DNA of 63,816 bases, the filler included, from Octopus bimaculoides (taxonomy: Eukaryota), in NCBI RefSeq assembly GCF_001194135.2. It is 9 parts of 8 records of this genome, joined end to end, with 100 filler letters (N's around TTAATTAATTAA, not from the genome) between each part and the next. Parts side by side here need not be neighbours in the genome. Positions count along the whole stretch, not along the records: positions 23,352 to 33,464 come from NC_069000.1; positions 33,565 to 48,646 come from NC_068983.1; 7 more parts are not named here. The stretch is one strand, 5' to 3'. How positions within the stretch are numbered: position 1 is the stretch's first letter; each line of letters starts with the position of its first letter. Positions 25,442 to 37,981 of the stretch are shown one piece after another. The notes beneath the pieces are model-generated. The model was not told the DNA's origin. It saw only the letters and a list, made by a program, of their open reading frames with translations, and ran no database searches. Made by a program: the position numbers and the translations under genes.

Positions 25442-25442
<1 letters not shown>
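24890..25442 (-). mobile_element. Non-coding element of about 550 bp inserted in (TAA)n, unclassified
   Basis: Complex non-coding block flanked on both sides by (ATT)n. On the minus strand it ends ...ACACTC-AATAATAAT, like the neighbouring R4 3' ends. Confidence 0.6.
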
Positions 25443-25499
<57 letters not shown>

Positions 25500-26251
25500 G
25501 TTATTGTTGTTGTTGTTGTTGTTGTTGCTGTTGTTGTTGTTGTTGTTGCTGTTATTGTTGTTGTTGTTATCACTATTACTGAGTACTCATAATTTTATCA
25601 CGTGCTTTCACTCTACTACCGAGCGCAGCTCTCTGTGCCTTGGGTATGTGCTGTGGTTTGTTATGATGCTCTTATTTTCATTGTATTGAAAGTATTTTGC
25701 GTAGAATGTGTATGGTGCCTAGTAGTGCTATTTTCTGTATGTTATATATACTTGTACATCCTGGTGTTTTTGTTATATATTTGTCTGATTTGTCTGAATA
25801 TTTTCCATCACACCTAATGCGCCTACTATGATAGGGACTGTACCTGTTTATAGACTCCACATTCGAATTACCTCAATTTCCAGATCTTTGTATTTTAAAA
25901 GTTTCTCCGTCTCCTTTGGAGAAACATTGCTATCTGTTGGTATTGATACATCGATTAGAAAGCATTTTTTTCCTTCATGATCTTTGACAACTATATCCGG
26001 TTTATTGGCCTTAATTTCTCTATCTGTGTGTATTGGCATATGCCAGAGTATGGTTGCTTTGTCATTTTCTGTGAGCTTTTCTGGCGTGTGCCAATACTAT
26101 CTTTTCTCTACTGTTATTCCATAGTGTTGGCATATCTTCCAGTGTATATAGGTTCCAACTCTGTCGTGTCAGGGAATATATTCCTTCTTAGCCAGGACTG
26201 GACAGCCAGAGACAATATGATTTATTGTTCCTTCTCCATCTTCATATATTG
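25441..26251 (-). mobile_element. R4/Dong-like retrotransposon 3' end (zinc knuckle, RLE, 3' UTR, TAA/CAA tail)
   Basis: TINHIVSGCPVLAKKEY; KPDIVVKD...FLIDVSIPTDSNVSPKETEKLLKYKDLEIEVIRMW; IQKIALLGTIHILRKIL. Confidence 0.9.
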
Positions 26252-28172
26252 TGATTGCTCGGGAGCCTAATTTAGACGACCCAACATCTGCAGAACGTCT
26301 AGTCGAAACTGAAGCAGAAATTTCCCACAAAGTGTGCAAAGTCATGGAGGACAAGGATATTCCTGAAGATATTTCTTTGGAGTGTTTGCTTCAGAAGGTC
26401 AAGGTGCAACCACAGCTGTACCAGGAAGTGGTGATGTTGAAATATGGAAAACAGGTGGTGCTACAGCGTCAACCATCTGAAAGGTGGATCAACCAGTATA
26501 ACCCCAAAGTTCTCCAAACATTGGCGTACCAACATGGATTTGCAGTCCATCGTAGACCAATATTCCTGTATTATTTATATTACCAGCTACATGGTGAAGA
26601 GCGAAAGGGCTATGAGTGAGCCGCTGAAAAAGGTGGCAGACGAAAACAGAGGAGAGGACTTGAAATCAAAGCTGAAAAAAGTCAGGTCATCATTCTTGAA
26701 CAACAAGGTGGTCAACGCCCAGGAGACTGCATATAGGCTACTTTCTCTGCCTTTAAAAATGGCGGCCAACAGAGAAGTTGTATTTGTAAACACAGCACCC
26801 AAAGGAAAACGAGTGTCCATGTTAAGGCCTCAGAAGATCCTCCAAGAATGGATGATGATGATGAAAACATTTTTCTGACATCTTCCCTTGACATGTATGC
26901 TTCAAGACCAAATGACCTGGAGGATATGTCCTTGGCCGAATTTTCAGTCACGTACACATCTGGCAGAAAAGATGCGACTGATGAGACAGCTGATCAGACG
27001 ATACATGACGCAGATAGCAATGAATCAGAGGAAGAAAGTCCCAACAAGCTTCCAACAGTCATCACTTTGTGTAACGGACTGCAACAAATGAGGAAGCGCA
27101 AACGCCACTGCATCATACGGTTCCACAAAGAAAAGAAAGACGGCGAAGACAAATACAGGAACTTGATGATGTATTATCCCTGGCGAGATGAAGTCGTCGA
27201 TCTGAAAGGCCAATTCTCCTCCTTTAAAGAACACTATGAACATGTAAAGGATATCCTTGCTAACGAAACTATGTTTAGTGTTAATGCAGAAGAACTGGAC
27301 AGAGCCTATGATGACCTACAGCGGATGAGTCCCCCAGAAGATGCCTAGGAGGGTGCAGAGTTCCAACGAGCTGAACAAGAAGCGGAAGGAATAATCGAAG
27401 AACGGGTGCTTCCAGAAGAAGACCAGCTTCTCAACGTAGATCTGTCCCCTCATTTAGCATCTAGTGATTATCCGGAGCTCAATGCTCGCTTCACAGTACA
27501 GCTTAATAATATATTGATGAGTCATCAACAATACAAAGCAACAATGCGGACGCTGAATAGCAAGCAGATGGAAGTTATCAAGTTCCATCGAAAGTGGTGC
27601 AAGGATGCCATCTGCTCATGCGGATGAGAATAGGTGCATGTACACAGAATGACATCACCTTGCTCAAATCCAGAGTTGTTAAAAAAGACAGACAACAGTT
27701 ACCCAGCAGAAGCCCTCCATGGGTTCAAAACGAACAAAGAAGTGAATGATCACAATGCTGAGCATCTGGAAAAGCTTCCCGCTCAAGGCAATTGATATCA
27801 AGAAGGATGTTCATACAGGACTCATTGATGTTCTGATTTCAACAAGACCATCAGAGACTGGAGGTTTAAGGGAAGTCGTATCAGTAGCAGTTGGTGCTAG
27901 AGTGATGGTGACTGTAAACATTGATGTCTCCGATGGTCTGACGAATGTAGTCTGTGGTACAGTAACAGGGATTGAACACACTGGAAATTATATGCATGCC
28001 ATCCTAATGAAATTTGACAGTGAATGCGCTGGCAAAGAGGCCATTGCTGGCAGTCATTATAAGCACTCGTACTCTGGAGCAGTGTCTAGCAAACGTCAGC
28101 ATGCACAGTTCTTCACTGGAAGGGGCAGACAATCAGTTGAAGCAAAACGAATTCAATTCCCACTCGTTGAGA
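26252..28172 (+). pseudogene. Helitron (Helentron/Helitron2-like) Rep-PIF1 helicase fragment
   Basis: WINQYNP, WRTNMDLQ...YITSYMVKSER, AQETAYRLLSLPL, YASRPNDLEDMSLAEF, LMMYYPWRDE, VGARVMVTVNIDVSDGLTN, RIQFPL. Frameshifted, and the Walker A region is absent. Confidence 0.88.
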
Positions 28173-28375
28173 TCGATCAGGTACCGGACAAGGATTATTT
28201 TTCCGGTTTTTTTAAAGTAATTTTTGAGAGCAATCAGGTTCATTTTTAGTATTCTAGTTTGTGAGAGCAGTCGAGTTAATTTCAGATATTCTCATTTTAA
28301 AAATCATCTCCGGCTGATCGTTGAGAGGATGTTGGTGTTGCTTTAGCAGAAATTTGCGTTCTCTGAGTGCTCTTG

Positions 28376-28376
28376 C

Positions 28377-28437
<61 letters not shown>

Positions 28438-30108
28438 ATTGACTTTGCACAGATGCACAGATGCACTACAATGTCAGCTGTTCACTACCAGTGAACTAAG
28501 GTAACACCTTTTTATTTTGCGAGCACCTTTCGGAGTATTCGAGCGGATCCAAGTAGTGCTGTTTTCTGCAAGTGTTCCACCCTTATTGCAGCCCCTATTT
28601 GTTCCGTGTACTTCTCGAGACTTTTGCTCACTGTTTCCAGGGCTCCGACAATCANNNNNNNNNNCGTGTACTTCTCGAGACTTTTGCTCACTGTTTCCAG
28701 GGCTCCGACAATCATTGGCACTACTGCTACCTTTTTCATCGACCACAACTGCTTAACTTTCAAGCTAACCTGTCATGTCTATCAACTTTTCTTTCTTCCT
28801 TATCGTATCGTATATCTTGTTGTCAGCTGAGCATGCTATGTCTATGATCCAGCATAGTTTGTTTACTTTCTCAATTAAGACTATGTCTGGCTTCCTATTC
28901 ACTATCTCATGGTCGCATTGAACCGTAAAACCCCATAGGATCTTTGCATTTCCATTTTCGACAATGCCTTCAGGTTTGTGGTCGTACCAATTTTTTGCTC
29001 TGTCAAGTCCATACTTATTGCAAAGTGTCCAATGGACAAGCCTGGGTATATTGTCGTGGCGTCTCATATATTCCTTCTGGGCTAGTGGCGTACATTGGCT
29101 GGTAATATGCCATAAGGTTTCACTATTTTGTCCACAGATTCTGTACTTATCACTTTCTGCTGTGTTGCCTATTCTATATTTCATGTAGTTTGTTCTTAGT
29201 GCTTGCTCTTGGGCAGCACAGATTAGAGCCTCCATTTCCGGTTTTAAATCCCTTTTAGTCATCCATAGCCATCTTTTTTCTCTGTCTTATCTTCAACATC
29301 CCTATGAAATTGTTCATGCATTCTTTTCTTTATTCACCTATTTTCAGTTTCATTCATTCCCAAGTGTTTGTACTGTGCATTTATCTTTGCAATCTTCCAT
29401 CCTGCACAAGCCCGACCTTCTTACTTCCAATAATAGCGGTTCTATGGCATTTTTACATACCACGCTATGTTGTTTTCTTTTGCTCTAATGCTGTGTTCGC
29501 ATCCAATAAGTCTTCTTCTACCTCTTTTTTTTTGTACATACAGTCTGTCTGTGTCACTTTTTGGGTGGAGTGACCCATATCTAATTAACAACTTCCTTGT
29601 CTTTCTGTCTAAGCAGTTTAGTTCGTTCACTGTCCATGCGATTACTCCTGCTCTATATCTAAGGAGTGAAACCGTCCAGGTTTTGATAGCTTCGATCTTA
29701 TTCCGTCCGTTTAATTTTGACTTAAGGATCAATCTCAGTCTGCGTAAGTACTCCACCTAAAATGTTTCTGTCATTTCTTTCTCCATCAATTTATCCATTT
29801 CCAAAATCCCCAAGAACTTGTAGCCCGTCTCTTTTATCTGCTTCTTAACCTCCCCCGACGGTATCGTTAGTCCGTCCATACATTTGATTTTGCCTCTCAT
29901 CAGTACTAACACACACTTTCTCAGTCCGAACTCCATTCTGATATCAGCAATGAAAGTATAGACTGTATCAACGAGGGAACTGACTTGGGCTTCATCTTTA
30001 CCATAAAGTTTTAGGTCATCCATGAATAACAAATGGTTGACTTTTTGTTGGCGGCTTTTGAATACATACCCAACTTTTGCTTTCCTCAGAATCAGTGTCA
30101 GTGGTATC
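28376..30108 (-). mobile_element. Second R4/Dong-like family, RT-to-RLE fragment with (TAA)n tail
   Basis: HLLFMDDLKLY (RT), ICGQNSETLWHITSQC...RRHDNI (zinc knuckle), KPDIVL...IIDIAC (RLE), LQKTALLGSARILRKVL. (ATT)n at 28376-28435. 5' end lost in gap. Confidence 0.92.
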
Positions 30109-30971
30109 ANNNNNNNNNNNNNNNNNNNNNNNNNNNNNNNNNNNNNNNNNNNNNNNNNNNNNNNNNNNNNNNNNNNNNNNNNNNNNNNNNNNNNNNNNNN
30201 NNNNNNNNNNNNNNNNNNNNNNNNNNNNNNNNNNNNNNNNNNNNNNNNNNNNNNNNNNNNNNNNNNNNNNNNNNNNNNNNNNNNNNNNNNNNNNNNNNNN
30301 NNNNNNNNNNNNNNNNNNNNNNNNNNNNNNNNNNNNNNNNNNNNNNNNNNNNNNNNNNNNNNNNNNNNNNNNNNNNNNNNNNNNNNNNNNNNNNNNNNNN
30401 NNNNNNNNNNNNNNNNNNNNNNNNNNNNNNNNNNNNNNNNNNNNNNNNNNNNNNNNNNNNNNNNNNNNNNNNNNNNNNNNNNNNNNNNNNNNNNNNNNNN
30501 NNNNNNNNNNNNNNNNNNNNNNNNNNNNNNNNNNNNNNNNNNNNNNNNNNNNNNNNNNNNNNNNNNNNNNNNNNNNNNNNNNNNNNNNNNNNNNNNNNNN
30601 NNNNNNNNNNNNNNNNNNNNNNNNNNNNNNNNNNNNNNNNNNNNNNNNNNNNNNNNNNNNNNNNNNNNNNNNNNNNNNNNNNNNNNNNNNNNNNNNNNNN
30701 NNNNNNNNNNNNNNNNNNNNNNNNNNNNNNNNNNNNNNNNNNNNNNNNNNNNNNNNNNNNNNNNNNNNNNNNNNNNNNNNNNNNNNNNNNNNNNNNNNNN
30801 NNNNNNNNNNNNNNNNNNNNNNNNNNNNNNNNNNNNNNNNNNNNNNNNNNNNNNNNNNNNNNNNNNNNNNNNNNNNNNNNNNNNNNNNCCACTCCTTCCC
30901 AGTGGCAAAACCAGAAACAAAAGCCATGAAAAACACAAGAAACAGAGAACTCTCTATTCCCCTTACAAACA

Positions 30972-31009
<38 letters not shown>

Positions 31010-31467
31010 TATATAATTGATAGCAACCAATCATAAAAAAAAAGACGGAGAATTTTTACCACAAATAATTTGATGTTTCATTATTACTTTACATTGTTTC
31101 AGCCATCACACCAAGGCTATGCAGGACACATCGCCTTTCAATGATGTCATAATGTATTGGACGAAAAGTAGCGCATATTGTCGGATTAAAGTCAGATAAA
31201 TAGATAAATCAACAAGTATACAATATACTTCACCACCAAGCCCTAATTACTTACCTGAGTGTCGCGTGCGAGGTAGGATTAACGGTAAAGGGTGGAAGTG
31301 ATAGGAAATGCAATCAAACAGTGTGTATATGCGTGCAGTGACTATTCTTTTCGCTTGCACCACTTACCTTCTGCTCTACGCCAGACCTTTTGATGTGTTT
31401 ATTGTCTGTTCATTAATAATAATCAGTGTGTCGTCTGCTACTAGTGCAGCCTTTTCTTCCTTCCGTC

Positions 31468-31530
<63 letters not shown>

Positions 31531-31708
31531 TCCTAAAGTATGAAGAACTTTAATCTTAAAAAAATAAAACCACATTATGATTTTCATTTGCAATTATTTG
31601 CTTGATGATTCCACCCTCACACCTATACCTCAATATCGCTTGGTTTTGTTTTGTATTGTGTTCGTGTGGGTGTGTGAATGTCACATGAGTATGTATGTCC
31701 TCTGAGTT

Positions 31709-31740
<32 letters not shown>

Positions 31741-32782
31741 ATGCATTTTGCTTCACTCAAGTTATTGCGTGTGAAAGAAAATAATCGTAAAGATAAAATA
31801 AAAAAAGAATCAGGTAAAATATGAATCGTAAGGCGAGATACAAACAACAGCAACAACAACAAACAAACAGCAATCATACAAAAGAATGGAAGAAACACAT
31901 TCACAAACACACACACACACACACACACACTAATGAAAGAAAAAAACAAAACGAAAGAAAAAAAAATCATCCCAGAAGCTATTTTGCTCCTGTCAATTCT
32001 TTATCTCTTATTTTCTCACTTTTTAGCAATTCCTCTTCATTTTGCTGAGTGAAAACCGATTGCCATCAAATGCTAACTAAACCACAAAGAAGGGATTATG
32101 AAAGCAGACGATAGAAAACTACACCATGTTGCTTTTTATTTTCTTCTTCTCCTTCTTTTTCGTCCTCTCAATATCTATTGTTTATCGAAGTTTCATCTTT
32201 CTCTAATGTCTGCATGTCAATATTTTCCTCGTCAACACCATCACCTAAAATACATCGCTCGTAAACAAAAGACAAAAAAAGGAAAACTGAAACACAAAAG
32301 ACCACATACACACACACACACACACAACATACACACACGCACACAAACGCACGCGCATATATATACATATATAGATTATCGTAATTCTCTTTAGCCATTT
32401 TCCTGTTCTTATTGCTTTCTTTCTCCTCCCCTTTCTTTCTATCCCCCCTCTCTCTCTCTCTCAATCAGTCAACTAAATAACATTATTGTTCGCTTGTTAG
32501 TATTAATAACGAAACGGTAAGAAGCGATTAATTTCATTTTTGCATCGATAGATAGATGATGACAGGATTAAAATTTCAAAACGACCAAATACATCGGCTG
32601 GTTAAAGAGTTCCTGTATTATTCACAGCAACAATAATGGAAATGAATACCTTATTTAGGTAAAAACATCACCATCATCAGCAGCAGTACCTCCATCACCA
32701 CCACAGCCACCACCAAACCACCACCACCACTTCCACCACCACCACCACCACTAACGCCACCGCCGCTGCCGCNNNNNNNNNN

Positions 32783-33392
32783 CAAGCACAGTACAAAGAT
32801 CAGTGGGGACAGGAAGTCCCCTTGGAAGATGCTCCTCCTAATTTCTATTGTCCCTAAACTTCTGTATGCTGTCAGGTCCGTCCTCCAATTCGCCATACTT
32901 TTTCCTAGCAATCGCTCAACATTCGATGTTATGTATGTGTCTGAATATTTTTTTTATCACACCTAATGCGCCTACTACGATAGGAATTGTTTCTGTTTTT
33001 AGGCTTCACATTCGAATTACTTCTATTTCCAGATCTTGTTGTTGCTGTTGTTATTATTATTGAGTAGTCTTATTTTTATCACGTGCTGTCACTGCACTAC
33101 CGAGCGCAGCTCTGTGTGCCTTGGATATGTGTTGTGGTTTGTTATAATGCTTTTATTTTCACTGTATTGAAAGTGTTTTACGTAGAATATGTGTGGTGCC
33201 TAGTAGTGCTATTTTATGTTTGTTATATATACTTGTTAGTCCTAGTGTTTTTGTTATGTATTTGAATTTTTTTATTATACCTAATAAGCCTACTACGATT
33301 GGAATTGTTTGTTTTTAGGCTTCACATTCGAATTACCTCTATTTCCAGATCTTATTGTTGTTGTTGTTATTATTATTATTATTATTGTTATT

Positions 33393-33464
<72 letters not shown>
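32783..33464 (-). mobile_element. Tandem R4/Dong-like 3' fragments in (TAA/CAA)n, joined to an RT piece
   Basis: Two units both start at AAGATCTGGAAATAG (KDLEIE). The 32783-32920 part reads LLGKSMANWRTDL...IRRSIFQGDFLSPLIFVLCL (RT domain). Confidence 0.85.
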
Positions 33465-33564
33465 NNNNNNNNNNNNNNNNNNNNNNNNNNNNNNNNNNNN
33501 NNNNNNNNTTAATTAATTAANNNNNNNNNNNNNNNNNNNNNNNNNNNNNNNNNNNNNNNNNNNN

Positions 33565-33830
33565 CCTCATTGACCACCAGATAAGGGATCGGGGGACCCT
33601 GTCAAAGGCTTTCTCCATGTCAACGAAAGCCAGGTACAGAGGTTTATCCTTGGCTAGGTATTTCTCCTGCAGCTGTCTTACTAGAAATAAGGCATCAGTA
33701 GTGCTTTTACCTGGCACAAACCCAAACTGCATCTCATCTAAATTGATTCGCTCCCTAATTAGTTGGGCTATGACCGTCTCTGTAACTTTCATAACCTGAT
33801 CTAACAGCTTGATGCCTCTGTAATTATTTG
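33565..33830 (-). pseudogene. RTE-clade reverse transcriptase fragment
   Basis: NYRGIKLLDQVMKV...QFGFVPGKSTTDALFLVRQLQEKY...FVDMEKAFDRVPR. Runs into a gap. Confidence 0.93.
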
Positions 33831-33956
33831 TATAAATATATATATATATGTGTGTGTGTCTATGTGTATGTATGTACGTATATGTATAGATACATATATG
33901 CTCATACACACACAGACACTCACACACACATTGATCCATGCATACATGTATACAGT

Positions 33957-33993
<37 letters not shown>

Positions 33994-34464
33994 GTGTATA
34001 TACATATGTTCTAATGATTCTGGTTTGTTGAATTTTTGTTTTTGTTGATGCATACATTAAATAAACTGACAGAAATATATGTTGACAAGCCAAAACAGCT
34101 TGTCTTGATTGCCACTGTTTGTTATTTTCATTTCATTTCCTTATTCTGTTTTATTATTAAATTTTATTTGAACTGGTACAAATTTCTTCTTGTAATTTTT
34201 ATTCTATATATTATTTAATTCAATGTTTTTTTTTTTGGTTCTTTGATTGTAGTGATGGGGTGGACCCAAGAAAATACTTTTTCTTTTGTTCTTTATATAC
34301 AATCTCTGCTTTTACAACGTATCTTCTTATACACTTAAAACAATTGAAATTCATCTCACATCATCCTTCCAATGTGTTTCCTTTCAATTTTGATGTGACC
34401 CTTTTCTGAACATTATTACATCAAATTTACTTATGTAATAAAAATGAAAATAAAAAGCAAGACC

Positions 34465-36080
34465 TCACCAATGACTTCAACAATGCAACTATCATCCCCA
34501 TCTACAAGAAGGGATACTAAGAGGATTGCAACAGCTATCGGGGGATCTCACTCCTGAGTATTGCAAGTTAGATCTTTGCCCGTATCCTATTAAATCACCT
34601 CCTCATCCTCATGGAAGATGTCCACCCTGAGTTCCAGTGTAGCTTTCGACCCTCTCGAGGCACAATCAACATGATCTTTTGTGTCCATCAACTCCAGAAG
34701 TGTCAGGAACAACAACAGCCTGCAATGTTCTTCTAGGATCTAAAGAAAGCCTTTGACAAGGTTCTCTGTCCTGCAGTGTGGGCCGTCCTTGCCCAGTTTG
34801 GATGTCCAGAGGACTTCACTACCTTGGTCCACTCCCTTTATGACAGCATGGTGGGTAGGGTATGCCATCAAAATGCCTTCACAGACCCGTTTCCCATCAC
34901 TGGGGGTCTTAAGCAAGGATGCGTCCTGACACCAACCTGTTTCTCTTTGTACAATGCTGCCATGTTCAATGAAATCCCACTAGACTCACCTTCCATCAAC
35001 ATGTACTATTACTTGGATAGCAGACTCTTCAATCTTGCACGTCTCTGTGCAAAGACGAGGGCCTCTGACATCTCAGTCCATGAGATGCGGTATGCCAATG
35101 ACAATGCCACTCCGAGCCAGACCACAGATGGCTTACAAAGGATGGCCGATCTTTACAATGTGGCTTACGAATGCTTTGGGATGCAGGTAAACACATTAGA
35201 GACCAAGACACTGATCCAACCTGCATCAGGCCAGAACAGTCCACCCACAAACATTAGCATCAATGGCCAACCCCTAGCAGAAGCTGAACACTTCACATAC
35301 CTTGGAAGTATCCTTTCAAAAATCCCAGCGTGTGAAAAGGACGTGGAGAACCAGACTGGGGAGTCCACTCTACATGTATTCTTCAATCACACGCTGACCA
35401 ACTGGACAAAGATCATGGTCTTCCACGCTATGTCCTGCCAACTCTACGCTTGTGAGACTTGGATGTTGTACCACCATGACTTCAAGTGCCTTGAATGCTT
35501 CCAGCAATCGAAGCTACAACAGAACCTCAACATACAATGGGAAGATCATGTTACCAACAAAGAGGTTCTTCACCATACCTCACTACCAAGTGTCAAAGCC
35601 ACTATTCATCACCATCGTCTCCACTGGGCAGGTCACGTCCAGTGTATGGAGCCCTCTCATCTCTCAAGGATCATGCTCTACGGAGAACTTGCAATCGGAA
35701 CAAGACCCAGAGGAGGTCCAAAATTCCGTTTTAACGACCAGCTCAAACGGACCTTGGCTCAAGCTAACATCCAGCCATCCTCATGGGAACAGATTGCCAT
35801 GGATAGGACAGCCTTGAGGACTGCTATCTGTAATGGAGCCAGCTCTTCCGAACAGAACAGACAACAGAATGAGGAGGCAACATGCAGGAAAAGAAAGGAG
35901 CTTCTTCAACATTCTTGACCTGCACCAACCATTTCATGCAAGTTCTACCCATGACTCTTTCATCACCAACTTGGACTCCAAAGTCACTTTCAGCACAAAC
36001 ATCAGCCAAGGAGACTGGACAGACACTGTCAGACCCAATGCTCAGATACAAGCTGGAGCCAACTATTATTAGCACTTTGG
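34465..36080 (+). mobile_element. RTE-clade LINE, 5'-truncated; RT/thumb ORF 34776-35918 degenerate
   Basis: NSYRGISLLSIA, GLKQGCVLTP, YAND (decayed YADD), FTYLGS, LHWAGHV, LYGEL...RPRGGPK. Upstream stops and frameshifts. Confidence 0.9.
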
Positions 36081-36289
36081 TTTTGGATGAGGAGACATTA
36101 TAGTGACTGGCTAGAAAAGAAGTTGGGGTTTACATGGAGATTGCAGTGAGTCAATGAGAGCCAACACTGAGCTGTTCAAAGTAGCAGTGTTGTATAAGAA
36201 CATCAAGTACAAGTGTAATGTGATGAGAAGAGGGTAATTCATACCTTGCAAAACCCAGGGCACAACTAAAGGCTCAGTCCTTGTTGATG

Positions 36290-36420
36290 CGTAGTAGCTT
36301 GTGTGCCTCAGTGACCCTGAGAGCTATGCTAGTAGAGCACCAGCTCTTGGTAGGGCCTCCCATACTGGACGAGTCAAAGTATAGAAGCCAGATGAATATG
36401 AACTGTCTCTTGCCAGAGGT
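36290..36420 (+). mobile_element. RTE-type 5' leader-like segment
   Basis: GCCTCAGTGACCCTGAGAGCTATG...GGTAGGGCCTCCCAT...CCAGA resembles my recollection of RTE 5' UTRs. Self-complementary. Confidence 0.4.
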
Positions 36421-37981
36421 AAAAGTGGGGCTGGAGAAAGCCAACACTCATACCAAGATAAAAAGTTACAGAAGCATTGAGGAGAATTCAAAACCAACAA
36501 GACCTGCAGTATTGAGAACAGTAGAGAAAAGTCATTGACAGCCAATCCTCCATAGCAGACAAAGGGCTTAAGAGAGTAAATAAGTAAAAGTTAGGAAACC
36601 TATAGAATCCTATGCTCCCTAAACTCAACGTTACATGGCCTTTTAGCTTTTCTAATTTGACCCCCCCTGGATTGCTGTATCTGGGTAGGGACTGTATCTG
36701 GTAGGGACTAGATGGCTGCTTCATAATATCAAGCTGTCATTGAGAGTGGGATGACTGGCATAGGTGGGACCCACCTTATCTTGTCACCATGCAGTTACAC
36801 TCATGGTCATAATGGAACCATTATCTAGGCTGTGGAGTTTTGTTGAAAGGCCCATTTCTTTGGTGTATGTAGTTAAATATTTGTACTTTTCTTTCTGGGG
36901 GTATGATTTTTTTTTCTTTTATTCTTATTTTTTCTTGTGTTTTGCTTGAATTGCTTGTTGCAACTGGTGTGTGCATGCGTGTGTGTGTTTATGAATGTGT
37001 GTGTGCATATATGCATGTGTGTGTGAGTGTGTGTGTGATTGCATGTCATTTGCTGATGCATGTCAGCAAAAAATGTAAAAATCAGCAAAAAATATAAAAA
37101 GCCTCATAAAACAATTCTCTGGAGAACAAAGTCCCTTGCAATATTTGTTCCATATCTAGCTACAGACACTCCTTTGTGTCTCTCACCTACAAGAGATACA
37201 GTGAAACAACAACTTGTGTGTTGGAAACCTGTAATACTTGCAATCAATGACACTGTTGTTCATCAATTGTGATACAAAATAGAATAAATAGAAATAAATA
37301 GAAAGAAGAGATGATAGAGATTCTATAAAACATTTACCATTTATGTCCAGTCTTGGAGATATTATTCAAAGATAACAAACAAAGATGACTCCAGTCCTAT
37401 TACAATTTTATGTATTTTTTACATTTTTACTATTTTCCCTCTGTTTGTCTCTGTGTGGTCTGTATGTGAAGTGCAGAGGTGCTTTTGTTGGAGCAGTTTT
37501 TTTCATAAACAGATTGGTACTCTTCCTACTGTTAACCATTCAACAATGAAGTAGAGACTGAAATCTGTTTTCTTTTTTTTTTAATTTTTTTTTTCTGTGT
37601 CCATCAGGTACAGTGGAACAAGCAGAGTTATTTTAAATGATTGCTCAGGTGTGCAACCTGAGCTATAGCTAAATAGATCTAAATAAATCTGTGAGATGAC
37701 AGTGGAATATATTATTTATAAAGCTTTGTTTCATTTGATAAATTTATCAATAAATGACTTGACTTCAGTTAAAACAGAACAGAAAAAAAAGAGATATCCT
37801 ATTTATATTTTATAATACAAGGCGGCAGTTTGCCAGAAGTGTCAGACTTCTATATTTGTTCTAGCTCCTTACCATTTGAGTTCAAATTCCACTAAAGTCA
37901 GCTTAATGTTTCATTTCTCCTGCAAGGTTGATATAATAAAGTATTACTCTAGGTAGTGTGTTGCGATTTTCTTCACTACTT

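Noticed and set aside
25400-25442. CTGATGCA at the start of the 550-bp element as a hammerhead, HDV-like ribozyme or snRNA
   Set aside because: No matching GAAA or stem II, too little room for the HDV topology, and no U-snRNA match that I can support.
28605-28714. 50-bp direct duplication around a 10-N gap (likewise 42524-42589)
   Set aside because: Unmerged contig overlap, i.e. an assembly artefact.
34776-35918. 380-aa ORF as an intact reverse transcriptase
   Set aside because: YADD has decayed to YAND, the N-terminal RT motifs upstream are broken by stops and frameshifts, and there is no endonuclease.
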